Positions 17,455 through 26,283 are shown, numbered from the stretch's first letter. The stretch: 64,000 nucleotides of DNA from Alphaproteobacteria bacterium (GCA_013389075.1 JACAEB010000217.1:1981-65980); one strand, 5' to 3'. Notes: a model not told the origin generated them from the letters alone. Program-made: numbers and translations.

Positions 17455-18321
17455 GTGGCGGCACGCGCCTATTGGAGTGGCTATCTGCGCCTGTCCCTGG
17501 TGACGATCGGCGTGGAACTCTATTCGGCCGTCACCACACAGGCGGCGCTGCCGCTTCACCAGATCCACCGGCCATCGGGCCGGAGGGTGCGGTATGAGAA
17601 GGTGGTGCCCGGACTTGGTCCCGTGCCCTCCAAGGAGATCGTGAAGGGCTACGAGATCGAACGCGACGACTACGTCCTGCTCGAGCCGGACGATCTCGAC
17701 GCCATCAAGCTCGAGAGCCGGCGCGCCATCGATCTCGTCCAGTTCGTCGGACATGACGAGATCGACCCCCGCTACTTCGAAAAGCCCTATTACGTCGTGC
17801 CGCGCGACGGCGAGGCGGCGGAAGGATTCGCCGTCATCCGCGAGGCATAGCGCGCGGAGCGAAAGGCCGGTCTGGGGCAGATGGCCGTGCGCGGACGGGA
17901 TGCGATCGTCGCCATCAAGCCCTGCGGCAGGGGGCTGCTTCTCGAAACGCTGCGGTATGCGGACGAGATCCGCGCCAGCGACCGCATCTTCGCCGACATC
18001 GAGGATCAGGAGATCGCTCCGGACATGCTGGCGCTCGCCCGCGAGCTGATCGGGCGCAAGACCTCTCCCTTCAAGCCCGAGGCGTTTCGCTCGCACTATG
18101 CCGAAGCCCTTCGGGAGCTGATCGAGACGCGGCGCCGGAGCGGCACGATCACCGCGCCGCGCGAGGATGCGGCGAGCGACCGGTCGAACGTCGTCGACCT
18201 CATGGAGGCGCTGAAGAAGAGTCTGGCGACCGGCAAGTCCGAGGGGCCGGGCAAACCGACACGTCAGCCGTCTCCCGCCAAGGGCAAGGGACGCAGCCCC
18301 CGCAAGCGGGCGAGCGGATGA
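17455..18321 (+). pseudogene. ku: Ku protein (NHEJ) interrupted by a single in-frame TAG at 17848..17850
   Basis: Two same-frame ORFs (17455..17850 and 17881..18321) together give a colinear ~289-aa Ku: MAARAYWSGYLRLSLVT…AVIREA[TAG]RAERKAGLGQMAVRGRDAIVAIKP…LETLRYADEIR. Confidence 0.75.
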
Positions 18322-18325
18322 GGCC

Positions 18326-20689
18326 ATGGCAGGCAGCACCGACGATCCGCTGACGATCTATCGGGCGAAGCGCGACTTCGCGCGGACCCCGGAGCCCTCG
18401 GGCAGTGGCGAGAAGCGCCGCGGCGGGCCGCCGGTGTTCGTGGTTCAGGAGCACCGTGCGCGGCGGCTCCACTACGATCTGCGCCTCGAACTCGACGGCG
18501 TCCTCAAGAGCTGGGCGGTGACGCGCGCGCCCGATCTTCCGCCTGCGGGCAAGCGCCTCGCCATCCGGACGGAGGATCACCCGCTCTCCTATGCCCGCTT
18601 CGAGGGAGAGATACCGGAAGGCTATGGCGCGGGAGAGGTACGCATCTGGGATCACGGCACCTGGACGCCGACATCGGATGCGGCGAAGGGGCTGTCCGAC
18701 GGTCATCTCGGGTTCCGGCTCGATGGCCAGCGACTGACCGGCCGCTTCGCGCTCGTCCGTATCGAGACGGACAAGCGCGGCAAGGAGAGCTGGCTCCTCG
18801 TCCGCCCGCGAAAGGACACGAACAGGGCCGCCGGCCCGCCCGCCTTCGTCCCCCCGCAGCTCGCGAGCCTTGCGGAAACTCCGCCCGAAGGGGCGGACTG
18901 GGTTCACGAGATCAAGTTCGACGGCTACCGCATCCAGGCGCAGCTTGGCGGCGAGGCGCCGCGTCTCTTCACGCGAAGCGGCAGGGACTGGACGGATCGC
19001 TATCCCTCGATCGTGAACGCGCTCGCGGAGGTGCGGGCCGAGAGTGCCCTGATCGACGGCGAGCTCGTAGCGCTCGACCCGGGCGGCCAGACCCGGTTCG
19101 ACTATCTTCAGTCACAGGACGATGCAGCCGAGCTCGTCTATTACGCCTTCGACCTCCTCTTCCTCGACGGCGAGGATCTGCGCACGCGCAGCCTGCGGGA
19201 CCGCAAGGCCGCGCTCCTGCGGATCCTGCCCCGAAATGCACGGCGCCTGCGCCTGAGCGAGGATCATGCCGGCCCGGGGGGCGCCGTTCTGGCGGCCGCC
19301 TGCCGGATGGGCCTTGAGGGCATCGTCTCCAAGCGGGCGAGCGCCCCCTATCGCTCCGGGCGCGGAGAGGACTGGCGGAAATCGAAATGCGTCGGCCGGG
19401 ACGAGTTCGTGATCGTGGGCTACCGGCGCTCGACGGTTCCGGGCAAGGCCTTCGCCTCCCTCCTCCTCGCCGCGCGGAAGGGAGGCGCGCTCGCCTATTG
19501 CGGGCGAGTGGGGACGGGCTTCGACGAGCGGGAGGCGGAGCGGCTGGCAGAACGCATGGCGCGGCTGGTGCGGACCCAGCCCGCCCTCCCCGTCCCCGCC
19601 GACGCGCGCCGCGAGGCGGTGTGGCTGTCCCCTCGCCTCGTGGCGGAGATCGGGTACACGGAGTATACGGCCGACGGGCGTCTGCGCCATCCGCGCTTTC
19701 TCGGCCTGCGCGAGGACAAGCCTGCCGAGGAGGTCGACATGCCACCTGCCCGCCCCGGCTTGCCCGAAGGTCCGTCCGCTCCCGGAGCGCAGACGGTCGC
19801 CGGCGTCCGGCCCACCCATCCGGACCGGCTCCTCTATCCGGGCCAGGGCCTGACGAAACGTCAGCTTGCCGAGTACTATCTCGCTCGCGCGGACGACATC
19901 CTGCCCCATCTCGCCGGCCGCCCCCTCAGCCTCGTGCGCTGTCCGCGCGGGGAAGGCGAACCCTGCTTCTTCCAGAAACATCACACGGCCTCGACACCGG
20001 ACTCCCTCGACAGCCTCGCCATCACCGAAGGGTCGGGGACAAAGGCCAGCTATCTCGTCATCCGCACGCTCGAGGGTCTCGTGGCGACGGCGCAGATGGG
20101 CGCGCTCGAGCTGCATGTCTGGGGTGCGCGCCGCGACCGGATCGAAGCGCCCGAACGGATCGTCTTCGATCTCGATCCGGCCCCTGACCTTCCGTTCACC
20201 GAGGTGAAGTTCGCGGCCGTCGAGCTGCGGGCCGTTCTGGAGACGCTGGACCTCGTCTCGTTTCCGCTCCTGACCGGCGGCAAGGGCATCCATGTCGTGG
20301 TGCCGATCGCCCGACGCTCGGGCTGGCCGGAGGTGAAGGCGTTCGCGCGCGGCCTCGCCCGGCGTCTTGCCGCCGTGGCCCCCGAACGCTATCTCGCGAC
20401 GGCCTCCAAGGCCGAGCGCGCCGGGCGGATCTTCATCGACTGGATGCGCAACGAAAGGGGCGCCACCGCCATCTGCCCGTTCTCGCCCCGCGCCCGCCCC
20501 GGGGCGCCGGTCGCGACGCCGGTATCGTGGTCCGAGCTGCCGGAGCTCGACAGCGCCTCGGCCTTCACGATCCTCACCCTGCGCCAGCGGCTCTCCCGCC
20601 TTCGCCGCGATCCGTGGGCGGATTATTTTTCGACCCGGCAGTACCTGACCACATCGCGTATCGCCGCCGTCACGAAGGCCCGGCCATGA
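18326..20689 (+). CDS. ligD: ATP-dependent DNA ligase LigD, multidomain (phosphoesterase - ligase - polymerase/primase)
   Basis: N-terminal PE domain (VFVVQEHRARRLHYDLRLE), ligase KxDG motif (EIKFDGYR) and C-terminal Prim-Pol domain. Starts 5 nt after ku. Confidence 0.9.
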   Translation: MAGSTDDPLTIYRAKRDFARTPEPSGSGEKRRGGPPVFVVQEHRARRLHYDLRLELDGVLKSWAVTRAPDLPPAGKRLAIRTEDHPLSYARFEGEIPEGYGAGEVRIWDHGTWTPTSDAAKGLSDGHLGFRLDGQRLTGRFALVRIETDKRGKESWLLVRPRKDTNRAAGPPAFVPPQLASLAETPPEGADWVHEIKFDGYRIQAQLGGEAPRLFTRSGRDWTDRYPSIVNALAEVRAESALIDGELVALDPGGQTRFDYLQSQDDAAELVYYAFDLLFLDGEDLRTRSLRDRKAALLRILPRNARRLRLSEDHAGPGGAVLAAACRMGLEGIVSKRASAPYRSGRGEDWRKSKCVGRDEFVIVGYRRSTVPGKAFASLLLAARKGGALAYCGRVGTGFDEREAERLAERMARLVRTQPALPVPADARREAVWLSPRLVAEIGYTEYTADGRLRHPRFLGLREDKPAEEVDMPPARPGLPEGPSAPGAQTVAGVRPTHPDRLLYPGQGLTKRQLAEYYLARADDILPHLAGRPLSLVRCPRGEGEPCFFQKHHTASTPDSLDSLAITEGSGTKASYLVIRTLEGLVATAQMGALELHVWGARRDRIEAPERIVFDLDPAPDLPFTEVKFAAVELRAVLETLDLVSFPLLTGGKGIHVVVPIARRSGWPEVKAFARGLARRLAAVAPERYLATASKAERAGRIFIDWMRNERGATAICPFSPRARPGAPVATPVSWSELPELDSASAFTILTLRQRLSRLRRDPWADYFSTRQYLTTSRIAAVTKARP

Positions 20690-20769
20690 CCATGCCCGGG
20701 TCACACCAGAACCTGCGCGGGGGAGGAACGCCCTCCGCCCGGCCACGCCACGGAAAGGAGCCAGATCCC

Positions 20770-20928
20770 ATGGACATTCTCAGGATCATCGTCGCCATTC
20801 TGCTGCCGCCCCTCGGGGTCTTCCTCCAGGTTGGACTCGGCGCGCAATTCTGGCTGAATATCCTCCTCACCCTCCTGGGCTACATACCGGGGATCGTGCA
20901 TGCCATCTGGATCATCGCCCGCCGATGA
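20770..20928 (+). CDS. YqaE/Pmp3 family stress-induced membrane peptide (52 aa)
   Basis: MDILRIIVAILLPPLGVFLQVGLGAQFWLNILLTLLGYIPGIVHAIWII. RBS AAAGGAG. Confidence 0.8.
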   Translation: MDILRIIVAILLPPLGVFLQVGLGAQFWLNILLTLLGYIPGIVHAIWIIARR

Positions 20929-21277
20929 GGACGCGCTTCTGGCGGACGCGGAACGGCTTGCCGACTGGCTCGACCGGCGCTTCGTCCTTCCGGGAACGAG
21001 GATCCGCTTCGGCTTCGACTCGCTGCTTGGGCTGGTGCCCGGCATTGGCGACAGCCTGACCGCCGCGATCGGGGTCTATGTGATCGTGCGCGCGCACGAG
21101 GCGGGCGCGCCGCCGCTTCTTCTCCTGCGCATGGGCGGCAACCTGCTGCTCGACGCCCTCGTGGGATCGATCCCGCTCCTGGGCGATGCCTTCGACGTCG
21201 TCTTCAAGGCCAATGCGCGCAATGCCCGCCTCCTGCGGCGGCACGTGGAGCGCCGCCGCAGCCGCATGCCGTCCTGA
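20900..21277 (+). CDS. DUF4112 domain membrane protein
   Basis: …RIRFGFDSLLGLVPGIGDSLTAAIGVYVI… Start overlaps the Pmp3 gene by 29 nt, so the start is uncertain. Confidence 0.55.
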   Translation: MPSGSSPADEDALLADAERLADWLDRRFVLPGTRIRFGFDSLLGLVPGIGDSLTAAIGVYVIVRAHEAGAPPLLLLRMGGNLLLDALVGSIPLLGDAFDVVFKANARNARLLRRHVERRRSRMPS

Positions 21278-21284
21278 TCTCGCC

Positions 21285-21983
21285 TCAACCGCCCATGTCG
21301 ATGACGACGATTTCGGAGGGCGTTAGAGCAAGGATGTCGAGCGAGCCTTCATCCGTAAGCCCCGCCCCATCGCCGGCCTCGAGGCGCGCCCCGCCCAGCT
21401 CCACCGATCCGCCGGCGACCTGCACCCAGACGCGCCGTCCGGCGTGAACCGGCAGGCTGGCACGCTCACCGGGCGCCAGAACGCCCGCGAGAAAATCCGC
21501 ATCCTGATGAAGCGGGATCGTGCCGTCGCGTCCCTCGCCCGAGGCGAGCAGCCGCAATCGCCCCGCCCGCTCGGCCAGCGGCACATGGATCTGCCCATAC
21601 CGCGGCGCATGGCCCGCGCGGTCCGGAAGGATCCAGATCTGGAGGAAGTGGACGGGTTCCGCCGCCGACCCGTTGAACTCGGAATGCACGATGCCGGTCC
21701 CCGCGCTCATGTGCTGGATGTCGCCGGGGCGGATGATCGAGCCGTTGCCGAGCGAGTCCCGGTGAGCGAGCGCGCCCGACAGGACGATCGTCACGATCTC
21801 CATGTCGCGGTGCCCGTGCGCCGCGAACCCCGCCCCGCCGCGCACATGGTCCTCGTTCAGCACGCGCAAGGGGCCGAAGCCCATATGGTCCGGATCGAAA
21901 TAGTCGCCGAAGGAAAAGCTGTGGTGCGAGTCGAGCCAATCGAGACGGGTGCGGCCGCGCGCGGCCGATGGGCGGATCATCAT
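21285..21983 (-). CDS. Pirin family protein (cupin)
   Basis: Conserved pirin N-domain HxH…E…H metal motif (HGHRDMEIVTIVLSG…HSE). Confidence 0.85.
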   Translation of the reverse strand: MMIRPSAARGRTRLDWLDSHHSFSFGDYFDPDHMGFGPLRVLNEDHVRGGAGFAAHGHRDMEIVTIVLSGALAHRDSLGNGSIIRPGDIQHMSAGTGIVHSEFNGSAAEPVHFLQIWILPDRAGHAPRYGQIHVPLAERAGRLRLLASGEGRDGTIPLHQDADFLAGVLAPGERASLPVHAGRRVWVQVAGGSVELGGARLEAGDGAGLTDEGSLDILALTPSEIVVIDMGG

Positions 21984-22083
21984 GACACTCTCCCTCGCCC
22001 GCCGATGTCGTCCGGGCGGACTGGAGATATGGCGTCATTCGCCCGGGAGAAAAGGAGGGGGCGGACCGCCGGCCCGTGCGGCG

Positions 22084-22407
22084 TCAGAGAGCTTCCCGGG
22101 CGGCCGGACAATACAGCTCGTAGAGGAGACGGACCACCGCCTCCGCCTCCGGGCTCGCCAGCCGGTAATGGATGACCTGTCCCGCACGCCGTGACGCCAC
22201 GAGCCCCTCGCGCCTGAGGAGCCCGAGCTGCTGCGACATCGCCGCCTGGCGCATGCCGAGGCGCTTGGCGAGCGCGCCGACGCTGAGTTCGCCCTCGGCC
22301 AGATGACACAGGATCCTGAGCCGTCCCGGATGGGACAGGCTCGCCATCAGGGCGACGGCACGCTCGGACGCCGCTTCCATCACCGACATGTCCATCTCAA
22401 TATTCAT
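22084..22407 (-). CDS. ArsR-family 2-Cys persulfide-sensing repressor (BigR/SqrR type)
   Basis: wHTH (LRILCHLAEGELSVGALAKRLGMRQAAMSQQL) with Cys in ILCHL and LYCPA, matching the BigR/SqrR Cys pair. Divergent from the blh operon. Start codon chosen at the predicted TSS (leaderless), so uncertain by a few codons. Confidence 0.7.
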   Translation of the reverse strand: MNIEMDMSVMEAASERAVALMASLSHPGRLRILCHLAEGELSVGALAKRLGMRQAAMSQQLGLLRREGLVASRRAGQVIHYRLASPEAEAVVRLLYELYCPAAREAL

Positions 22408-22414
22408 GCTTGCG

Positions 22415-22443
22415 CATATACGAATGTTTGCATATATTGTCAA
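22415..22443 (-). promoter_or_regulatory. Near-consensus sigma70 promoter TTGACA-N17-TATATG for the ArsR/BigR gene; overlapping imperfect inverted/direct repeats form the likely operator
   Basis: Minus-strand TTGACAATATATGCAAACATTCGTATATG. AT-rich island in a 70% GC genome. ATG 22407 lies ~7 nt after the -10, which predicts a leaderless mRNA. Confidence 0.55.
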
Positions 22444-22489
22444 CTGGCGGGAGCGGTCTGCCGCTCCCATCCCGTTCAAGGAGGCCGGC

Positions 22490-23353
22490 ATGAAGCCCGA
22501 GGTCACATCCTTCTTCGACGAGGCGACCTACACGATCACCCATGTGGTCGCCGATCCGAAGACACGGCGGGCGGCCATCATCGATCCGGTGCTCGACTAC
22601 GACCCGAAGTCGGGCCGGACCGCCACCCGCTCGGCGGACCGCGTCATCGCCCATGTCCGAGAGGCCGGTCTGACCATCGACTGGATCCTCGAAACCCATG
22701 CGCATGCAGATCATCTGAGCGCCGGTCCCTATCTAAAATCGGCACTGGGCGGAAAGACGGGCATCGGCGCGCACATCACCGATGTTCAGGAGGTGTTCGG
22801 CACGCTGTTCAACGCGGAGCCCGACTTTGCCCGCGACGGCTCCCAGTTCGACCAGCTGTTCGAGGACGGCGCACGCTTTGCGATCGGCGGTCTCGAGGCG
22901 CGCGTGATGCACACGCCCGGCCACACCCCGGCCTGCGTCACCTATGTCGTCGGCGACGCGGCCTTCGTGGGCGACACGCTCTTCATGCCCGACTATGGCA
23001 CGGCCCGCTGCGACTTTCCGCGCGGCGATGCCGCGACACTGTACCGGTCGATCCGCAGGATCTTCTCCCTCCCGGACGAGACGCGCCTCTTCCTCTGTCA
23101 CGACTACAAGGCCCCCGGGCGCGACAGCTATGTGTGGGAGACCACGGTCGGCGCGGAAAAGGCCGGCAACGTGCATGTGCATGAGGGGGTCAGCGAGGCC
23201 GAGTTCGTCGCCATGCGGACGGCCCGCGACCGCACGCTGGGAATGCCGGTTCTGCTTCTTCCCGCGGTGCAGGTGAACATGCGGGCGGGTGCCTTTCCTC
23301 CGCCCGAGGACAATGGGATCCGCTATCTGAAGATTCCGCTCGACGCCGTTTGA
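22490..23353 (+). CDS. blh: MBL-fold hydrolase Blh (persulfide dioxygenase / ETHE1-like)
   Basis: HxHxDH motif (ETHAHADHLSAG) plus downstream His/Asp ligands. RBS AAGGAGG. Genomic context is BigR-regulated. Confidence 0.8.
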   Translation: MKPEVTSFFDEATYTITHVVADPKTRRAAIIDPVLDYDPKSGRTATRSADRVIAHVREAGLTIDWILETHAHADHLSAGPYLKSALGGKTGIGAHITDVQEVFGTLFNAEPDFARDGSQFDQLFEDGARFAIGGLEARVMHTPGHTPACVTYVVGDAAFVGDTLFMPDYGTARCDFPRGDAATLYRSIRRIFSLPDETRLFLCHDYKAPGRDSYVWETTVGAEKAGNVHVHEGVSEAEFVAMRTARDRTLGMPVLLLPAVQVNMRAGAFPPPEDNGIRYLKIPLDAV

Positions 23354-23363
23354 GGATACGCAC

Positions 23364-23789
23364 ATGGAGAGCTTCGATCCTGTTACCGCCCTTGCAGGGG
23401 GCGCGCTGATCGGTCTTGCGGCCACGCTGCTGATGGCCGGGCTCGGCCGCATCGCCGGCGCGAGCGGCATCTTGATGGGTGTGCTCGCCCCGCCCGGCGG
23501 CGAGGCTCCCTGGCGGCTCGAATTCGTCGCGGGGCTCGTCGCCGCGCCCTTCCTCATGGCCCTGATGACCGGCGGTCTGCCCGAGATCCATGTGGAGGCC
23601 GGACTTCCCGCCCTGGCTGCCGCTGGTCTACTCGTCGGCATCGGAACCCAGATCGGGAGCGGCTGCACGAGCGGGCACGGTGTCTGCGGTCTTGCGCGCC
23701 TGTCGCCCCGCTCGCTGGTCGCGACGCCGGTCTTCATGGCCAGTTGCGCCCTGACCGTCTATGTCACGCGCCATCTGTTGGGAGGCTGA
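23364..23789 (+). CDS. YeeE/YedE family (DUF395) sulfur-compound transporter half
   Basis: 141 aa, 4 TM, conserved GSGCTSGHG motif. Confidence 0.75.
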   Translation: MESFDPVTALAGGALIGLAATLLMAGLGRIAGASGILMGVLAPPGGEAPWRLEFVAGLVAAPFLMALMTGGLPEIHVEAGLPALAAAGLLVGIGTQIGSGCTSGHGVCGLARLSPRSLVATPVFMASCALTVYVTRHLLGG

Positions 23790-23792
23790 TCA

Positions 23793-24269
23793 ATGCGCTC
23801 GCCCGCCTTCATCCGCGCCTGGTCGTTCGGCACCGGTCTTCTGTTCGGGCTCGGGCTCGTCCTCTCCGAGATGATCGACCCCGCCCGCGTGCTCGGCTTC
23901 TTCGACGTGGCCGGCACGTGGGACCCGACGCTCGGCTTCGTCATGGCCGGCGCGCTCGCCGTCACGGTGCCGGGCTATCGGCTCGTCCTGGCCCGCAAGG
24001 GGCCCCTCCTCGACACGCGCTTTCATCTGCCCACGCGCCACGATATCGACGCCCGCCTCGTCGGAGGCGCCGTTCTTTTCGGCATCGGCTGGGGCCTTGC
24101 GGGCTATTGCCCTGCGCCTGCCATGGCCTCTCTGGGCCTCGGCTCCGTGAAGGCGGCGGTCTTCCTCGCCTGCATGATCGTTGGTATGCTGATCTATCGG
24201 GCCTGGCTTTCTCCGGCGGCCCGGCAAAGGGGTCCTGCGTCCGGCGCTGCCGGGGGAGCGGCTTCGTGA
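23793..24269 (+). CDS. YeeE/YedE-family second half (DUF6691-like)
   Basis: 158 aa membrane protein with GYCPAPA motif, paired with the upstream half. Confidence 0.7.
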   Translation: MRSPAFIRAWSFGTGLLFGLGLVLSEMIDPARVLGFFDVAGTWDPTLGFVMAGALAVTVPGYRLVLARKGPLLDTRFHLPTRHDIDARLVGGAVLFGIGWGLAGYCPAPAMASLGLGSVKAAVFLACMIVGMLIYRAWLSPAARQRGPASGAAGGAAS

Positions 24270-26029
24270 GAGGCGAGCGCCTCCTCCCCGCGCTCGCCTG
24301 GCTGCGAGGCTATGGCCGTGAGGAGGCCCTCTCCGACACCATCGCCGCATCCATCGTGACGGTGATGCTGATCCCGCAGAGCCTTGCCTATGCCATGCTG
24401 GCGGGACTTCCGCCCGAGGTGGGCCTTTATGCCTCCATCGCGCCGCTGATCGCCTATGCCGCCTTCGGGTCGAGCCGCACGCTATCGGTCGGTCCCGTGG
24501 CGGTGATCTCGCTGATGACGGCCACGGCGACGGCAGAGGCGAGCGCGCGCACGGGGGCCGACCCGGTCGGCGTCGCCCTGGCGCTCGCCTTCCTGTCGGG
24601 GCTGTTTCTCGTCGGCATGGGGCTCCTGCGGCTCGGCTTTCTCGCCAATCTCCTCAGTCACCCGGTGATCTCGGGTTTCATCACCGCCTCGGCGATCCTC
24701 ATCACCGTGAGCCAGCTTCCCGCGCTGCTGGGACTGTCCGTATCCGGACACGGATTCCCCGAGCTCGTCGTCGCGATATCCGCTTCGCTGCCGGCCCTGC
24801 ACCTGCAAACACTCGCTCTGGGCCTCGCCGCCCTGGTGCTGCTCCTCCTCGCGCGGCAATATCTGCGCGGCACGCTCCGCCGTCTGAGGCTTTCCGCCAC
24901 CCTCGCCGATGGCCTTGCCCGGGCTGCGCCCATGGCGGTCGTGATCCTGTCCATTCTCGCCGTGCAGGGGCTCGACCTCGAGGCTGCGGGCGTGCGCACG
25001 GTCGGCACCATTCCGCCGGGCCTGCCCCCGCTCACACTCACCCTGCCCTCGTCCGCGCTTCTGCTCGAGCTCCTGCCGGCGGCCGTGCTCATCAGCGTGG
25101 TCGGTTTCGTGGAATCGGTCTCCGTCGCCCAGACGCTGGCGGCGCGTCAGCGTCAGCGGATCGATCCGAACCAGGAGCTTGTGGGCCTGGGCGCCGCCAA
25201 TCTCGCGGCCTCCGCCACGGGCGGCTTTCCGGTGACGGGCGGATTTGCCCGGTCGGTCGTCAATTTCGACGCCGGGGCCCGAACGCCCATGGCGGGCGTC
25301 CTCACGGCCCTCGGCATCGCCCTGACCGCGCTCGTGCTGACGCCGCTCTTCGCGGCGCTGCCGCGCGCGACCCTCGCCGCGACGATCATCGTCGCCGTGC
25401 TTTCTCTCGTCGACATCGGGGCGATCCGGCGCGCCTTCGCCTATTCACGGGTCGACTTCGCGGCCCAGGCCGGCACCATTGCCGTGACGCTCGCGGCAGG
25501 CGTCGAGCCCGGCATCCTCGCCGGCATCGTCCTGTCGCTGCTCCTGCACATCTGGCGGACCAGCCGACCCCATTATGCCATCGTGGGACAGGTTCCGGGG
25601 ACGGAGCATTTCCGCAACGTGCTGCGCCACGCGGTTCTGACGAGCCCGCACGTGCTCTCGATCCGGATCGACGAAAGCCTCTATTTCGCCAACGCCCGCT
25701 TCCTCGAGGATCTCATCGGAAGGCTCGTGGCCGAGCGCCCGCAGCTGCGCCACGTCGTCCTCATGTGCTCCGCCGTCAACCTCATCGACGCGAGCGCTCT
25801 CGAGAGCCTTGAGGCGATCAACGAACGCCTGCACTCGGCGGGCATCGATCTTCATCTGTCGGAGGTGAAGGGACCGGTCATGGACCGTCTCCGCCGGACG
25901 GATTTCCCCGGCCGCCTGACCGGCCGGGTGTTCCTGTCGCAATATGACGCGGTCCGCGCGCTCGATCCGGCGAGCCTCGGTCCCGCGCGGCCCGAAGGGG
26001 TCCGCGAGGGCGCGCCTCAGAGCGGATAG
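24266..26029 (+). CDS. SulP family anion permease with C-terminal STAS domain
   Basis: GTG start overlapping the upstream stop (GTGA). Sulfate-transporter N-terminus LRGYGREEALSD…PQSLAYAMLAGLPP. C-terminal STAS domain. Confidence 0.85.
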   Translation: MRGERLLPALAWLRGYGREEALSDTIAASIVTVMLIPQSLAYAMLAGLPPEVGLYASIAPLIAYAAFGSSRTLSVGPVAVISLMTATATAEASARTGADPVGVALALAFLSGLFLVGMGLLRLGFLANLLSHPVISGFITASAILITVSQLPALLGLSVSGHGFPELVVAISASLPALHLQTLALGLAALVLLLLARQYLRGTLRRLRLSATLADGLARAAPMAVVILSILAVQGLDLEAAGVRTVGTIPPGLPPLTLTLPSSALLLELLPAAVLISVVGFVESVSVAQTLAARQRQRIDPNQELVGLGAANLAASATGGFPVTGGFARSVVNFDAGARTPMAGVLTALGIALTALVLTPLFAALPRATLAATIIVAVLSLVDIGAIRRAFAYSRVDFAAQAGTIAVTLAAGVEPGILAGIVLSLLLHIWRTSRPHYAIVGQVPGTEHFRNVLRHAVLTSPHVLSIRIDESLYFANARFLEDLIGRLVAERPQLRHVVLMCSAVNLIDASALESLEAINERLHSAGIDLHLSEVKGPVMDRLRRTDFPGRLTGRVFLSQYDAVRALDPASLGPARPEGVREGAPQSG

Positions 26030-26283
26030 TCGCGCGCGGGGTCGATGCCGCAGCCTTCGAGGAACTTGCGGAACTGGATGACCTCTTCCTTGGGCAGGCT
26101 GTGATGCCCGTGGGCGAAGCTGGCGCTGTGGCCTTTCAGCCTGGCGTGGAGGCGCCCCGAATGGGCGTGGTCGAGCTCGGCACCGAGTTCGCGCAGCACG
26201 CTTTCGACGTCCTTCATCGCGATGTTGGCGCTGATCGGATGCGCGAAGAGGGCGTGAAGGATCTTGCGGTGATGATGGTTCAT
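26017..26283 (-). CDS. Hypothetical small protein, possibly HicA-like (88 aa)
   Basis: MNHHHRKILHALFAHP…KDVESVLRELGAEL…GSH-rich segment is loosely reminiscent of HicA toxins. No partner gene. Confidence 0.35.
   Translation of the reverse strand: MNHHHRKILHALFAHPISANIAMKDVESVLRELGAELDHAHSGRLHARLKGHSASFAHGHHSLPKEEVIQFRKFLEGCGIDPARDYPL

Noticed and set aside
20701-20770. EcfG-type promoter directly upstream of the Pmp3 peptide gene (GGAAC at 20725..20729)
   Set aside because: The element 16 nt downstream is CGCC, not CGTT, so it does not match the -10 consensus. Co-transcription from the upstream ku promoter is the simpler hypothesis.
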